Positions 8,436 through 17,886 of a DNA stretch of 43,446 bases are shown piece after piece. The stretch comes from Pseudomonadota bacterium. GTDB taxonomy: Bacteria > Bdellovibrionota > Bdellovibrionia > Bdellovibrionales > Bdellovibrionaceae. The stretch lies in NCBI GenBank assembly GCA_041178425.1, contig JBEGVH010000041.1, forward strand, positions 1 through 43,446. Reading direction: 5' to 3'. Every line of letters starts with the position of its first letter. The stretch's first letter is position 1. Both the position numbers and the translations under genes were made by a program. Below the pieces are notes generated by a model. It ran no database searches. It had not been told where the DNA came from and worked only from the letters and a program-made list of their open reading frames with translations.

Positions 8436-9404
8436 TTTACATCCAGCGACGAAGCCGCCAGGAACACCCTTCGTCACAATGCTCACTGCATTATGGGGAT
8501 GCAAACTCTCCATGTGACTTACGGAAACATGAAAGTCTTCGATGGCACGTTCACTCATCAGAGCGTTTTTGATTTTTCTCGCCGCATCTTCACAAAACAT
8601 AAGGTTCTGCCCGTTTAAAAGCGCAAATTCTTGCTCGTCTTCACGCTTGACAGCAGCTTGCACCGGAGTGCCCAGTCTTCTCTCGATTAAATCAATCAAA
8701 CCAAGCCACTCTTTTGGACTCGCAGCAGCTGAAGCTTTTGTAAATCGAAGCTTAACCTCAGCCAAAGAGCGTTGGGAATGAGGAGTGGCAAGAATCCCTT
8801 GAGTGGTTCCAAGCCATTCATGCACGTCGGCTCGGCGAATACCTTCGCCTTTAAAATCTTTTAAGAATTGGTCTTGAATCAACTTTCGAGCAAGCGCTGC
8901 CGAACACGGACAGGTGCTCGAGTAAGTGACCGTCAATTGTAAATCAAAATGAACCTGCCCCTTTTCAGAGGTGGCAGAAAGAACAATAGGATAGGAACGC
9001 CAACCCTTGTTTAGACTTCGCAATGCAGGCCGCTCAACCATGTAATCAAAGGCCACGGATACCGCACTCGACTGACTTAAATCATGATGGGTTTCAATAA
9101 ATTTTTGCAGAAGTTTTTCGAGCAGTAAAAACGTAAGCGGCCCAGAAACCAAGCCCTCTTGGAGCTGTAAAAACAGGCGGGACATATGAATCCCTTTAGC
9201 CCGAGGATCATCCAAACTCACAAAGGCATTAGCTTTGGCAGGAACTTGAAAAGGAATCCCATTGGCTGATTCCACTAAAACCGGCACTTCAATTTCACTC
9301 ATTCCCACGCGATCAAGCGTTCCGGTCAAATCCACACGAGTTTCACGGGCGATATCAGGAAGAGTCAATTCGAGGCCTTCAATGTTTTTATCTAATTCCA
9401 TCAT
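8433..9404 (-). CDS. folE2: GTP cyclohydrolase IB (FolE2)
   Basis: LPDIA, DRVGM, KGIHMSRL, YSSTCPCS, TPHSQRS, VKREDEQ, NLMFCEDAAR, ESLHPH. Start at M12 is inferred (ORF track start 9437). Confidence 0.95.
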   Translation of the reverse strand: MMELDKNIEGLELTLPDIARETRVDLTGTLDRVGMSEIEVPVLVESANGIPFQVPAKANAFVSLDDPRAKGIHMSRLFLQLQEGLVSGPLTFLLLEKLLQKFIETHHDLSQSSAVSVAFDYMVERPALRSLNKGWRSYPIVLSATSEKGQVHFDLQLTVTYSSTCPCSAALARKLIQDQFLKDFKGEGIRRADVHEWLGTTQGILATPHSQRSLAEVKLRFTKASAAASPKEWLGLIDLIERRLGTPVQAAVKREDEQEFALLNGQNLMFCEDAARKIKNALMSERAIEDFHVSVSHMESLHPHNAVSIVTKGVPGGFVAGCK

Positions 9405-9596
9405 TTGCAAATCTCCAAGGCACCATTTCGGACCCAAGTCCGCGAGATAAAACCATAATCCCGTGCCTTCTACTACTGATTTATAAAATTTAGTATTCTA
9501 AAGTGAGAGATTTTAACCAACCTCTCGATGCACCCTGCAAGAGCTTCAGTGGCCTAACGAAAATTGCGCCTAAAAGGGGCTTGCGCCGCGGGAGAG

Positions 9597-9748
9597 TGGG
9601 GACAGACCCCGGGGCTTGGGGGTTCGCGCGCTGCGGGTCGGGCTCCTGCCATCGCCGAATTTTTGAGAAGGCAAAGCCTTCTCAAAAACGCCTCCGGCTA
9701 TTCGGAGCCCGCTGCTCGCTTCCCCCCAAACCCCGGGGTCTGTCCCCA
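9597..9748. repeat. GC-rich nested inverted-repeat element (REP/MITE-like or structured RNA)
   Basis: 26-bp arms 9597-9622 and 9723-9748 (1 mismatch); inner CGGGCTCC/GGAGCCCG; central 13-bp stem TTTTTGAGAAGGC-AAA-GCCTTCTCAAAAA (9660-9688). Confidence 0.85.
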
Positions 9749-9848
9749 TCGCATTCCAGCGTCAACCCGACTTAATTGCCCGATAGACTTGATTGATGAT
9801 GATTTTGGCAATAAATCCAAAGTCACAAACTGAAAAAAGGGAGAAAGC

Positions 9849-10424
9849 TTGGAACTGATTCTGGCCAGCACATCACCGTATAGAAAAATGCTTTTAGAGG
9901 CGAGAGGCCTCTCTTTTCAGGCGGTCGCTCCGCTTTGTGATGAAGATTTACTCAAAGATCCGGCCCTTTCTGGATTGGCACTTACGCAGAAGTTGGCAAA
10001 AGCGAAAGCGGACAGCCTTAAGGAGAAATTTCCCGAGGCCTATATTATTGGGAGCGACCAGGTTCTTGAATTTGATGGCCGAATCTATGGCAAACCTAAA
10101 ACCAAGGAGAGAGCCCTCGAACAACTCCTCAGTATGCAAGGTAAAACCCACCAATTGGTGACATCTCTGTATTTGCACGCCCCTCACCAACAGTGGATAC
10201 ATACCGAGATCGTGTCTTTGACAATGCATCCTTGGTCGGAATCCGAACTCACCCGTTATATCGACGCCGACCTCCCTCTCGACTGCGCCGGTAGCTACAA
10301 ATTAGAAAAACGCGGACTTTTACTTTTTAAAGAAATTAAAGCCGATGATTACGAGAGCATCATAGGCTTGCCCTTGATCAAATTATTCAGCATCCTGAGA
10401 GAAGAACATTTTCCACTCTTTTAA
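9849..10424 (+). CDS. maf: Maf-family nucleoside triphosphate pyrophosphatase (YceF-like)
   Basis: LILASTSPYR, GSDQV, GKP, DCAGSYKLE, IIGLPL; TTG start. Confidence 0.92.
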   Translation: MELILASTSPYRKMLLEARGLSFQAVAPLCDEDLLKDPALSGLALTQKLAKAKADSLKEKFPEAYIIGSDQVLEFDGRIYGKPKTKERALEQLLSMQGKTHQLVTSLYLHAPHQQWIHTEIVSLTMHPWSESELTRYIDADLPLDCAGSYKLEKRGLLLFKEIKADDYESIIGLPLIKLFSILREEHFPLF

Positions 10425-10446
10425 ACTGATAAAAAAAGGGATTCCA

Positions 10447-10854
10447 ATGAAAGAGACGCCATTATCAAAAGCGGCCGTCACGGCCCAAAAACAAGCCCAC
10501 GCCCCCTACTCCACAAAATTTATTGGCTCTGCCGTTTTATGGAACGATGGCCAAATTACAAGTGGCTGCAATATCGAAAATGCCTCTTATGGTGCTACCG
10601 TTTGCGCCGAAAGAGTCGCCATTTGGAAGGGAATCTCCGAAAACAATCAACGACGAATCAAAGAAATCTTTGTGGTGAGCCCGTCCCTGCCACCATGGCC
10701 TCCTTGCGGAATGTGCCGACAAGTGATGAGCGAGTTCGCTAGCGCCGACACGCTCGTTCATTGGAGCGATGGAAAAACCCTCGTTAAAACCAAAACATTC
10801 GCAGAAATGTTACCCGAAACCTTTGAAGCTAGCTTTCTCGAAGGAGGTGAATAA
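10447..10854 (+). CDS. cdd: Cytidine deaminase (homotetrameric type)
   Basis: APYS, GCNIENASYG..VCAER, PCGMCRQ. Confidence 0.95.
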   Translation: MKETPLSKAAVTAQKQAHAPYSTKFIGSAVLWNDGQITSGCNIENASYGATVCAERVAIWKGISENNQRRIKEIFVVSPSLPPWPPCGMCRQVMSEFASADTLVHWSDGKTLVKTKTFAEMLPETFEASFLEGGE

Positions 10855-11553
10855 ATGGAGTTTACAGAAACACTGCGTGCGCGCCGTTCTTGCCGCAAGT
10901 ACACATCCGAAATGGTCCCTGGTTCGGTCATAGAACGAGCCCTTGATGATGCGCTCATTGCACCTAACTCTTCGAATATGCAACTCTGGCAATTTTATTG
11001 GGTTTCTAGCCCAGAAAAAAAAGGCAAGCTGGCTGAAGCCTGCTTTGGCCAATCAGCTGCCAGTACCGCCCAAGAGATGGTTGTAGTCGTCGCCGACTGG
11101 TCTCTTTGGAGAGCTAACAGAGAACGAATGCTTGAGATTCTTAGAAAAAATAAGGCCAACAAGGGCGCTCTTGCTTACTATGAAAAACTTGTTCCGATGA
11201 TGTACTCTTATGGCCCTCTGAGCCTTTTTGGTCACATTAAATCATTGGTCATGTGGAGCATCGGATGGTTTCGACCAGTACCAAGGGGACCCAACACCCG
11301 CTCGGACCTGGCCATGGTCGCAGTGAAGTCGGCAGCCCTCGCTTGCGAAAATTTCATGTTGTCGATTTACGATCAAGGCTATGCCTGCTGCCCGATGGAA
11401 GGTTTTGATGAAAAGCGTGTGAATAAAATCATTGGCAACAAAACCTGTTCCTCTAGAGTGACAATGGTCATTTCTGTTGGCAAAGGCGATCCCCAAGGCT
11501 TCTATGGCCCTCAAATTCGCTTTGATAAATCGCTGTTTATTAAGAAAGTGTAA
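10855..11553 (+). CDS. Nitroreductase-family protein
   Basis: RRSCRKY, APNSSNMQLW, CPMEGFDE; abuts cdd (TAAATG) with GGAGG SD. Confidence 0.9.
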   Translation: MEFTETLRARRSCRKYTSEMVPGSVIERALDDALIAPNSSNMQLWQFYWVSSPEKKGKLAEACFGQSAASTAQEMVVVVADWSLWRANRERMLEILRKNKANKGALAYYEKLVPMMYSYGPLSLFGHIKSLVMWSIGWFRPVPRGPNTRSDLAMVAVKSAALACENFMLSIYDQGYACCPMEGFDEKRVNKIIGNKTCSSRVTMVISVGKGDPQGFYGPQIRFDKSLFIKKV

Positions 11554-11569
11554 GCTTTTCGTGTTCTCC

Positions 11570-11606
11570 AACAAAGCAACGAGCGCACTTTGTTCGTTGC
11601 TTTGTT
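11570..11606 (+). terminator. Hairpin/terminator after the maf-cdd-nitroreductase operon
   Basis: 13-bp inverted repeat AACAAAGCAACGA...TCGTTGCTTTGTT. Confidence 0.6.
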
Positions 11607-11661
11607 AGTTTGAAAAAAGATTCTCTTGCCTGCTTCCTATTTAATCTTTATAGATCCCATC

Positions 11662-12081
11662 ATGAAAAATACACTTTTATCAAAAATCGTAGTCTCTTTT
11701 TTTGCTGCTGCTTTATTGACATCCCCAATGACAGCCTTTGCTCACGACCCGGTTAATTTTGAGTATATTTGCTCGGTGACGCAAAAAAATAAAGACGGCC
11801 AATTTCGCGATGTAATCAATGTTGTTTTTCTTCCTGATTGGCAAAAGAAATCCCACCTTTGGGCTGACTCAACAAAAGATATTTGGTTTGAAATTATGCC
11901 CGTTCACAATGGAATGGGTGAAGTGGAAGGTTACACCATGGAACTCAGGTTATTTTTAAATAAGAGTGAATCCCCCACACTTAGTTTTCATGGCCCGGAA
12001 TTTTCTGAAATTGGCTTTGAGAACTTCGAACAAAACATTGGAGCGCATTGTTTTCATCGCTCGCAAAGAGGAAAAAACTAG
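11662..12081 (+). CDS. Secreted hypothetical protein
   Basis: Signal peptide MKNTLLSKIVVSFFAAALLTSPMTAFA; two Cys. Confidence 0.75.
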   Translation: MKNTLLSKIVVSFFAAALLTSPMTAFAHDPVNFEYICSVTQKNKDGQFRDVINVVFLPDWQKKSHLWADSTKDIWFEIMPVHNGMGEVEGYTMELRLFLNKSESPTLSFHGPEFSEIGFENFEQNIGAHCFHRSQRGKN

Positions 12082-12779
12082 ATCACCAAAAGATCCCAGT
12101 CCGTGAGGTGTTCTTTAATAAGAGCCATAGGAACACCTCGCCAGTCAAAGATTCGCTCCGGTTCGGCCTTGATTTTAAATTCACTAAAAGATTGGCTTTT
12201 CAAGATGACCGCCCAGAATGGAAAGTCTTTCCGGCGTTCCATGAATTCATAAAGTCCATCACCTCGAGTCGCCGCCACAATTCGCGTTCCATCCTTTAGC
12301 ACCCATTCATTATTTACAGACGCTACTCCAAGAAATTGATTCCATTCCTCGATGCCCTTAGATGTTAAATACAAATACAAACCCCAGATATGAGTGACGG
12401 AATTAGCATGCGTTGGCGCTGTCAATTTCTTCTCCGCCACTGGCAAAACAGTTATTGGAATGTCCCCAATAGACAACTGATGAGCCTCTTCTCCATAAAG
12501 TCTCACGCTCGGACGCAAGACCTCGCGCCCTCGTGCCGAGGGATTATGAATCTTGCAATTCGCTAGAAATTCTTCTTCATCTAAAATATCCCTAAATTCC
12601 AAACAAACGGCATTGGCGTCTGGCGTTTGAACCAAAAGGGTTTGAATCAAAACTCCATGCTCTTCGCGATTCAGACTTTCGTCGAGATAAAACCCTCGGT
12701 CTCCTAAGTTTTCATACGGAAACGTTGTGAAAACAAAGTGAGAGCAAGCCGCCAAAGAGTAATTAGATTTTGTTTGCAT
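12078..12779 (-). CDS. Hypothetical protein, possibly a divergent VOC/glyoxalase-like fold
   Basis: Start MQTK at 12779 avoids overlap with the divergent ABC gene; SHFVF..GF...H and HANSVTHI resemble Glyoxalase_3-type motifs. Confidence 0.55.
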   Translation of the reverse strand: MQTKSNYSLAACSHFVFTTFPYENLGDRGFYLDESLNREEHGVLIQTLLVQTPDANAVCLEFRDILDEEEFLANCKIHNPSARGREVLRPSVRLYGEEAHQLSIGDIPITVLPVAEKKLTAPTHANSVTHIWGLYLYLTSKGIEEWNQFLGVASVNNEWVLKDGTRIVAATRGDGLYEFMERRKDFPFWAVILKSQSFSEFKIKAEPERIFDWRGVPMALIKEHLTDWDLLVI

Positions 12780-12785
12780 AGCCTT

Positions 12786-12813
12786 ATTATAAAGTACTTT
12801 TTTTTGAGTGCAA
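12786..12813 (-). promoter_or_regulatory. sigma70-type promoter, probably leaderless transcript
   Basis: Minus strand TTGCAC-N16-TATAAT, 6 nt to ATG 12779. Confidence 0.6.
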
Positions 12814-12843
12814 TCCCATCCTGTTAACTTTAATCTGAACTTA

Positions 12844-13602
12844 ATGAAGCCAGTCATTGAACTCAAGAATGTTACCATTGCTTTTGATGAAGATGTCATC
12901 CTTAAAGAGGTCAACCTTACCATTAATGAGCACGAGATTCTCATTCTCATCGGACCCAGTGGCTCAGGAAAAACAGTCTTGTTAAAAACGATGGCTGGCA
13001 TTTATAAACCCACCAAGGGAGAGGTTTATTGTGAGGGGGAAAATCTTGAAACGATCTCTCCCATTAAAAAACATAAACTCGCAGAACACCTGGGAATGCA
13101 ATTTCAAAAAAGCGCTTTATTCGATTCGATGACCTGTTATGACAACATCGCCTTTCCGCTTCTCGAACAAGGACACTTTTCCGAAGAGGATGTCGATCGG
13201 CGCGTTAGAGAATGCCTCGAGGCGGTGAACCTAACCTCCTCAGCCAATCTCTACCCACACCAAATATCAGGGGGAATGCGCCAACGACTTGGCATCGCGC
13301 GAGCCATCGCCATGAAACCCAATATCGTCTTTTACGATGACCCAACAGCAGGTCTCGATCCTATTCATGCCGATAAAATTGTAGAATTAATTTTGGATCT
13401 AAAGAAAAAAGAGAACTCCACTCTCATCATTGTGACTCACTCGATGGATGTGGCTTACCGTCTTAATGGAACAATTGCGCTCGTTGCTGATCAAGGTGTT
13501 TTGATCGTTGGAAACCGTGAACAAACTGAAAAATCGCAAGATGCACGCGTTCAGCAGTTTATTCACGGCTGGCTTAAAGGCCCCCTAACTCCTGAAAGTT
13601 AG
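12844..13602 (+). CDS. ABC transporter ATP-binding protein, MlaF/Ttg2A-like
   Basis: GPSGSGKT, FQKSALFDSMT, ISGGMRQR, YDDPTAGLDP, VTH, RVQQFI.G. Confidence 0.88.
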   Translation: MKPVIELKNVTIAFDEDVILKEVNLTINEHEILILIGPSGSGKTVLLKTMAGIYKPTKGEVYCEGENLETISPIKKHKLAEHLGMQFQKSALFDSMTCYDNIAFPLLEQGHFSEEDVDRRVRECLEAVNLTSSANLYPHQISGGMRQRLGIARAIAMKPNIVFYDDPTAGLDPIHADKIVELILDLKKKENSTLIIVTHSMDVAYRLNGTIALVADQGVLIVGNREQTEKSQDARVQQFIHGWLKGPLTPES

Positions 13603-14099
13603 CGAGAACCCTCAGCAGGAAATGCCTTCAAAGAATCAGCTAAGATCGTTGAATGCGTTGTTGATTTGTGACGAACTTCGTAGCTTTTTAAAGTCGCTAC
13701 TGTTGGAGCTGGCGCCTTAACATCATCACAGATGTTTTCGCTGTAATCGATCACTTTAATTTCAAAATCTTTGTAGTAAGGAGTGCTTCCAGCGGGTGGT
13801 GCTGCAATCAACTCTCGCACATTACAAGCGTCGGTCTTGTCGCTAACGAGCGGAAAAAATACGTCGATCCATTCTTCATTGGGAACCATGACAAAGACCA
13901 AGCCCAAATCCTTATGTTCAAAACTCACTTGAACCTGAACGGCTTTAGTGCGAGCAAATGGCTCAGGAAGCTTTGGATCGAGCTGAGCGTTCGTTGCGTC
14001 GGCATAAAAATTACCGGTCATTGGTTTTTCGGCTTGAGCGGCAATCGCAGTCAGCACTGTCGCTGCGAAAACGAGTGATGTCTTGATGATAGTATTCAT
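13599..14099 (-). CDS. Secreted hypothetical protein
   Basis: Signal peptide MNTIIKTSLVFAATVLTAIAAQA; GGAGG SD; two Cys. Confidence 0.8.
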   Translation of the reverse strand: MNTIIKTSLVFAATVLTAIAAQAEKPMTGNFYADATNAQLDPKLPEPFARTKAVQVQVSFEHKDLGLVFVMVPNEEWIDVFFPLVSDKTDACNVRELIAAPPAGSTPYYKDFEIKVIDYSENICDDVKAPAPTVATLKSYEVRHKSTTHSTILADSLKAFPAEGSR

Positions 14100-14196
14100 T
14101 GTACCCTCCCCTTTATATGGTGTTTTAGACTTATTGGGGTTTTTAATATTCGTCGACAAAATAACGAGCAAGAGGGTCGCGTCATTAACAGGCTCT

Positions 14197-14562
14197 CTAA
14201 GCGAGAGCCTTGTTTTCAAGAAGTTGCTGAACAAAACGAAAGATCAAAGGTGGTAACGATGCGCCCTCTTTGCGCCATGCCGATAAAAAGGCCTCCGAAG
14301 GGGCTCGGTTTTCATTCACCCACCCCAAAGTTTCCCAGTCTTTTTCTGTTAACGATGAAGGCAAATGGCCATGACGAAGACCAACCTTTTTATCCCAATA
14401 AAGACCTTCGGTCTCATCCCCAAGTGCTCTGGCAAGAAGCCGGAACCGCAACATGTCACCAAAATGAGTTTCCCAAACAATGAGATCGAGATGCTCTCCC
14501 TCGAACCAACGACGAACCACCGGATGCTCCGACGGCGCAATTGAAATCTCAGTCATCGCCAT
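14197..14562 (-). CDS. Hypothetical protein (RRWF...DLIVW motif)
   Basis: 121-aa ORF with a G-rich SD. Confidence 0.7.
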   Translation of the reverse strand: MAMTEISIAPSEHPVVRRWFEGEHLDLIVWETHFGDMLRFRLLARALGDETEGLYWDKKVGLRHGHLPSSLTEKDWETLGWVNENRAPSEAFLSAWRKEGASLPPLIFRFVQQLLENKALA

Positions 14563-14733
14563 AGATACCCCCCTTATCGAATTACTACTTAATTTACAGC
14601 CAACGGACAGCTTGAACTCAGGGTACTCCCATGAATGTAAACAACAAGGGTTCTAATCAATTCAGATGAAAATGTGCCAAGTCGTCTCATTGCCTGAAAT
14701 TACAAATCCATAAGTCTAGTTTTTCAAAATGAA

Positions 14734-15882
14734 CTAGGCGAGTACGTCCTTCGCAGAAAGAGATTGTATTCCGGGTACAACTTGGTCAACCAATGAAACT
14801 AAACAAGGCGTAAACTCTCTATATTTGGCCGTGAAAGTCTTTAATCCTTTTAAGTTTTTTTCATCAATCACAGAGGTCTTTACTTCGATGGCGTACTTTT
14901 CCCCGTTTGGACCGAAGCCAATTAAATCAACTTCCAAATCTCGATCCACCCAATAATAAATTTCCCAGCCTTTATCTTTTAGCCTGGCACCCACGCAGTT
15001 TTCAAAGAATCTTCCAAAAAGTTCTGAAGGCAAAGGGGCCGAGACTGGCCGAAGAAAGGCTCTCATTAAACCATTGTCGTTGATAATTATCTTTGGCGGA
15101 CTTTTTTTAAGCCGCAACCGATCAGGCGAATATTTTTCTATCAAACTAATTAAAAAACCTTTTTCTAATAATTGGAGATAGTGTTGAACAGTTGCCAGTG
15201 CTCCCTTATCAGAGAGAAGCCCTTGCATTTTGTTTAACGAAACTATTTGAGCTGGTCGACTCAGAGCAACTCCAAAAACCTGTCGTAGCAGGGCTGGGTT
15301 CTCAACGGGATGCAATTGCAGAATATCTCGGCCAATAGCGGGTTCAACGATTGAATCCCGAATGTATTGCGCCCATCGAGAAACATCATCCATCATTGTT
15401 ATTGATCCAGGATAACAACCAAATTCTATGTAGTCATTTAACGTCATTTCAAAAGCGCTGGTGGCCTCAGTTAAACTCCAATGCGGACAATAAATAAGTT
15501 CGTATCTTCCTGCTAAAGATTCTTTGAGGCCTTTCTCAATAGCGAGGGCCGCTGAACCCGTGAGAATAACTTTTAACTCAAACGGATTTTGATCCCATTT
15601 CTTTTTTATGATCTCTGCCCAGCCTTCGATCTTTTGCAATTCATCAATAGCAAGAATCTTATCAGAGCTTGCTGTTGCTCTTTGCCAAAACTCTTCTATA
15701 TCATTGTAACTAAGAGGTGTTGGCGAATCGGCTGACTCATAGACTCCGCGGCCCGCCAGAACAGCTTTTACAATGGTTGATTTGCCAACCTGACGAGGGC
15801 CAATTAAAACCTGAATAAGAGGCTTATCTTGACCTATTCGGGAGTTTAAAAGCACTTCCTGCTTTCTTTTTATCTGAGACAT
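14734..15882 (-). CDS. AAA_14 ATPase with C-terminal DUF4143 / PD-(D/E)xK-like domain
   Basis: GPRQVGKST, IDELQ, TGS, ESLAGR, GCYP, FENCV, EVD...AIEVK. Confidence 0.9.
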   Translation of the reverse strand: MSQIKRKQEVLLNSRIGQDKPLIQVLIGPRQVGKSTIVKAVLAGRGVYESADSPTPLSYNDIEEFWQRATASSDKILAIDELQKIEGWAEIIKKKWDQNPFELKVILTGSAALAIEKGLKESLAGRYELIYCPHWSLTEATSAFEMTLNDYIEFGCYPGSITMMDDVSRWAQYIRDSIVEPAIGRDILQLHPVENPALLRQVFGVALSRPAQIVSLNKMQGLLSDKGALATVQHYLQLLEKGFLISLIEKYSPDRLRLKKSPPKIIINDNGLMRAFLRPVSAPLPSELFGRFFENCVGARLKDKGWEIYYWVDRDLEVDLIGFGPNGEKYAIEVKTSVIDEKNLKGLKTFTAKYREFTPCLVSLVDQVVPGIQSLSAKDVLA

Positions 15883-15893
15883 ATTAGATATTT

Positions 15894-15936
15894 ATAGTAC
15901 TATTTACAATTTGTAAAGTCCATATTACAACTTGTA
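15894..15936 (-). promoter_or_regulatory. sigma70-type promoter with tandem palindromic operators
   Basis: Minus strand TGGACT-N17-TACTAT; TTTACAA-T-TTGTAAA (15903-15917) in the spacer and TACAA-C-TTGTA (15926-15936). Confidence 0.65.
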
Positions 15937-16009
15937 GCCTTCCAATTGCGCGACCTAATGGGAAGGCTGACCTAGCTCTAGGGCGGGCAGAATGGAATTC
16001 CCCCGCTCC

Positions 16010-17602
16010 TTAAGCCTTCATGGTCGCTGCGAGATATTCTTCGTAGGTGACATGGTTGTCGTAAACCACCGTCTCATCGATTTCGATAATTCGATTTGCC
16101 ACTGTTTGAATAAGTTCATGATCGTGCGAGGTAAAAATCATAGAGCCCTTGAAGCGACTGAGGCCTTCGTTGACGGCGGTGATACTTTCGAGATCTAAGT
16201 GATTGGTAGGCCCATCAAGGAGCAGAACATTCCCACCCGAGAGCATCATTTTAGAAAACATACAGCGGGCTTTCTCACCACCCGACAACACCGATGGTTT
16301 TTTCAGAGCGTCAGCGCCACTGAAAAGCATTTTACCGAGAAAACCGCGAAGAAAGGACTCATCTTTTTCTTTCGAGAATGGACGCAGCCAGTCCACCAAG
16401 GTTTCTTCATCCCCTTTGAAATATTGCGAGTTGTCTGTAGGAAAATAATTAATTGAGGTCGTAATACCCCAAGTGCAAGAACCAGAATCTGCGGCCATAG
16501 AACCGGCTAGGATTTCTAACAGCAGAGTTTTAGCTAAATCATTTTTACCGAGGATAGCAATTTTATCACCCGTCTGTATTGTGAAATTAATATTACGCAA
16601 TACCGGTTTTCCCTCAAACGTCTTATTAAGATTCTGAACAGTTAAAACATCTTTGCCGAGTTCGCGATCGATATTAAAACCAATAAAAGGTTGCTTTCGC
16701 GAAGAGACCGGCAAGTCATTAAACTCTAATTTTTCTAACATTTTTTGACGAGAAGAGGCTTGTCGAGACTTAGAAGCATTGGCACTAAATCGCGCAATAA
16801 ACGCCTTGAGTTCTTCAGCCTTATCAGTGCTCTTTTTATTTTGATCCACCAATAGACGCTGCTTTAACTCACTCGACTCGCGCCAAAAATCATAGTTACC
16901 CGTGTAACAAGTGACTTTGCCGAAATCGATATCGGCCATGTGGGTACAAACTTTATTCAAGAAATGGCGATCATGCGAAATAACAATCACCGTATTTTCA
17001 AACGCCAAAAGAAACTCTTCTAGCCAATGAATAGAATGAATATCTAAGTGGTTGGTTGGTTCATCGAGAAGAAGAATGTCAGGCTTGCCAAAAAGGGCTT
17101 GCGCTAGAAGTACTTTCACTTTCTCGCCACCCGTGAGTTCTTTCATTATTTTTTGGTGTAACTCCTCTTTGATACCCAAGCCAGCGAGCATCGTGGCCGC
17201 TTCAGATTCAGCTTCCCAGCCGTTAAGCTCGGCGAATTCATGCTCCAGTTCCGAAGCTTTGATTCCGTCCTCTTCACTAAAATCAGGCTTTGCATAAATA
17301 GCGTCTTTCTCTTTCATCACTTTGAACAAGCGCTCATTTCCCATTAAAACCGTCTGTAAAACGGGAATATCATCATAGGCATAATGATCTTGCTTCAAGA
17401 CTGATAACCGGAGACCCGAGGGAATGATCACTTCGCCCGTATTAGGTTCGATCTCTCCGGAGATAACCTTAAGAAAGGTCGACTTTCCAGCACCATTGGC
17501 GCCAATGAGCCCATAGCAATTGGAGGGAGTGAATTTAACGTTAACATCTTCAAAAAGTTTTTTGCCACCGAAACGAAGGCTCACATTATTTGTAGTAATC
17601 AT
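16010..17602 (-). CDS. ABC-F family ATP-binding protein (YbiT/YkpA-like)
   Basis: Tandem ABC domains without TM segments; GANGAGKST, DEPTNHLD, GNYD, RFSANASK linker. Confidence 0.93.
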   Translation of the reverse strand: MITTNNVSLRFGGKKLFEDVNVKFTPSNCYGLIGANGAGKSTFLKVISGEIEPNTGEVIIPSGLRLSVLKQDHYAYDDIPVLQTVLMGNERLFKVMKEKDAIYAKPDFSEEDGIKASELEHEFAELNGWEAESEAATMLAGLGIKEELHQKIMKELTGGEKVKVLLAQALFGKPDILLLDEPTNHLDIHSIHWLEEFLLAFENTVIVISHDRHFLNKVCTHMADIDFGKVTCYTGNYDFWRESSELKQRLLVDQNKKSTDKAEELKAFIARFSANASKSRQASSRQKMLEKLEFNDLPVSSRKQPFIGFNIDRELGKDVLTVQNLNKTFEGKPVLRNINFTIQTGDKIAILGKNDLAKTLLLEILAGSMAADSGSCTWGITTSINYFPTDNSQYFKGDEETLVDWLRPFSKEKDESFLRGFLGKMLFSGADALKKPSVLSGGEKARCMFSKMMLSGGNVLLLDGPTNHLDLESITAVNEGLSRFKGSMIFTSHDHELIQTVANRIIEIDETVVYDNHVTYEEYLAATMKA

Positions 17603-17886
17603 AGGACGGCGACTATACCTGAATTTTCAGTAAAATTCGAGAATTATATCCGATTATCTCGAACAGACCACTTCGTTTTAAAGCAGCTAAAGTCTCGAAA
17701 TCTGGTCAAATTGGCTCAATTCCCCTTGGTTAAGTGTTGGGTTTTGGTAACAAGCCGGCGGAACGATTGGCAAACCCAAAAGAACGGCTCAATCTCCAAA
17801 CCAAGCTTTGAACGTCGGTCGACAAGGGCAGACGCCTTCAAAAAAATTAGTCAACCCACCACCAAACTCAAAAAGGAGATTTGACC

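Noticed and set aside
9474..9495. Imperfect palindrome upstream of folE2 as a Zur box
   Set aside because: Only 16 of 22 positions are symmetric in AT-rich DNA, and it does not match Zur consensus sequences I know
9597..9748. Known folate/preQ1/ZTP riboswitch upstream of folE2
   Set aside because: No conserved aptamer motif recognised, and the near-symmetric rod looks more like a DNA repeat; an Rfam search is needed to exclude it fully
9503..9833. ORFs 9503..9775 and 9564..9833
   Set aside because: They run through the GC-rich palindromic element, lack an SD or recognisable motifs, and are probably open by chance
12780..13001. N-terminal extension of ORF 12078..13001
   Set aside because: Antisense to the MlaF-like gene; promoter position supports a start at 12779
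15903..15936. LexA box upstream of the AAA-DUF4143 gene
   Set aside because: As I recall it, the Bdellovibrio LexA site has TTAC/GTAA half-sites 3 nt apart; here they are 5 nt apart, so I did not call it LexA
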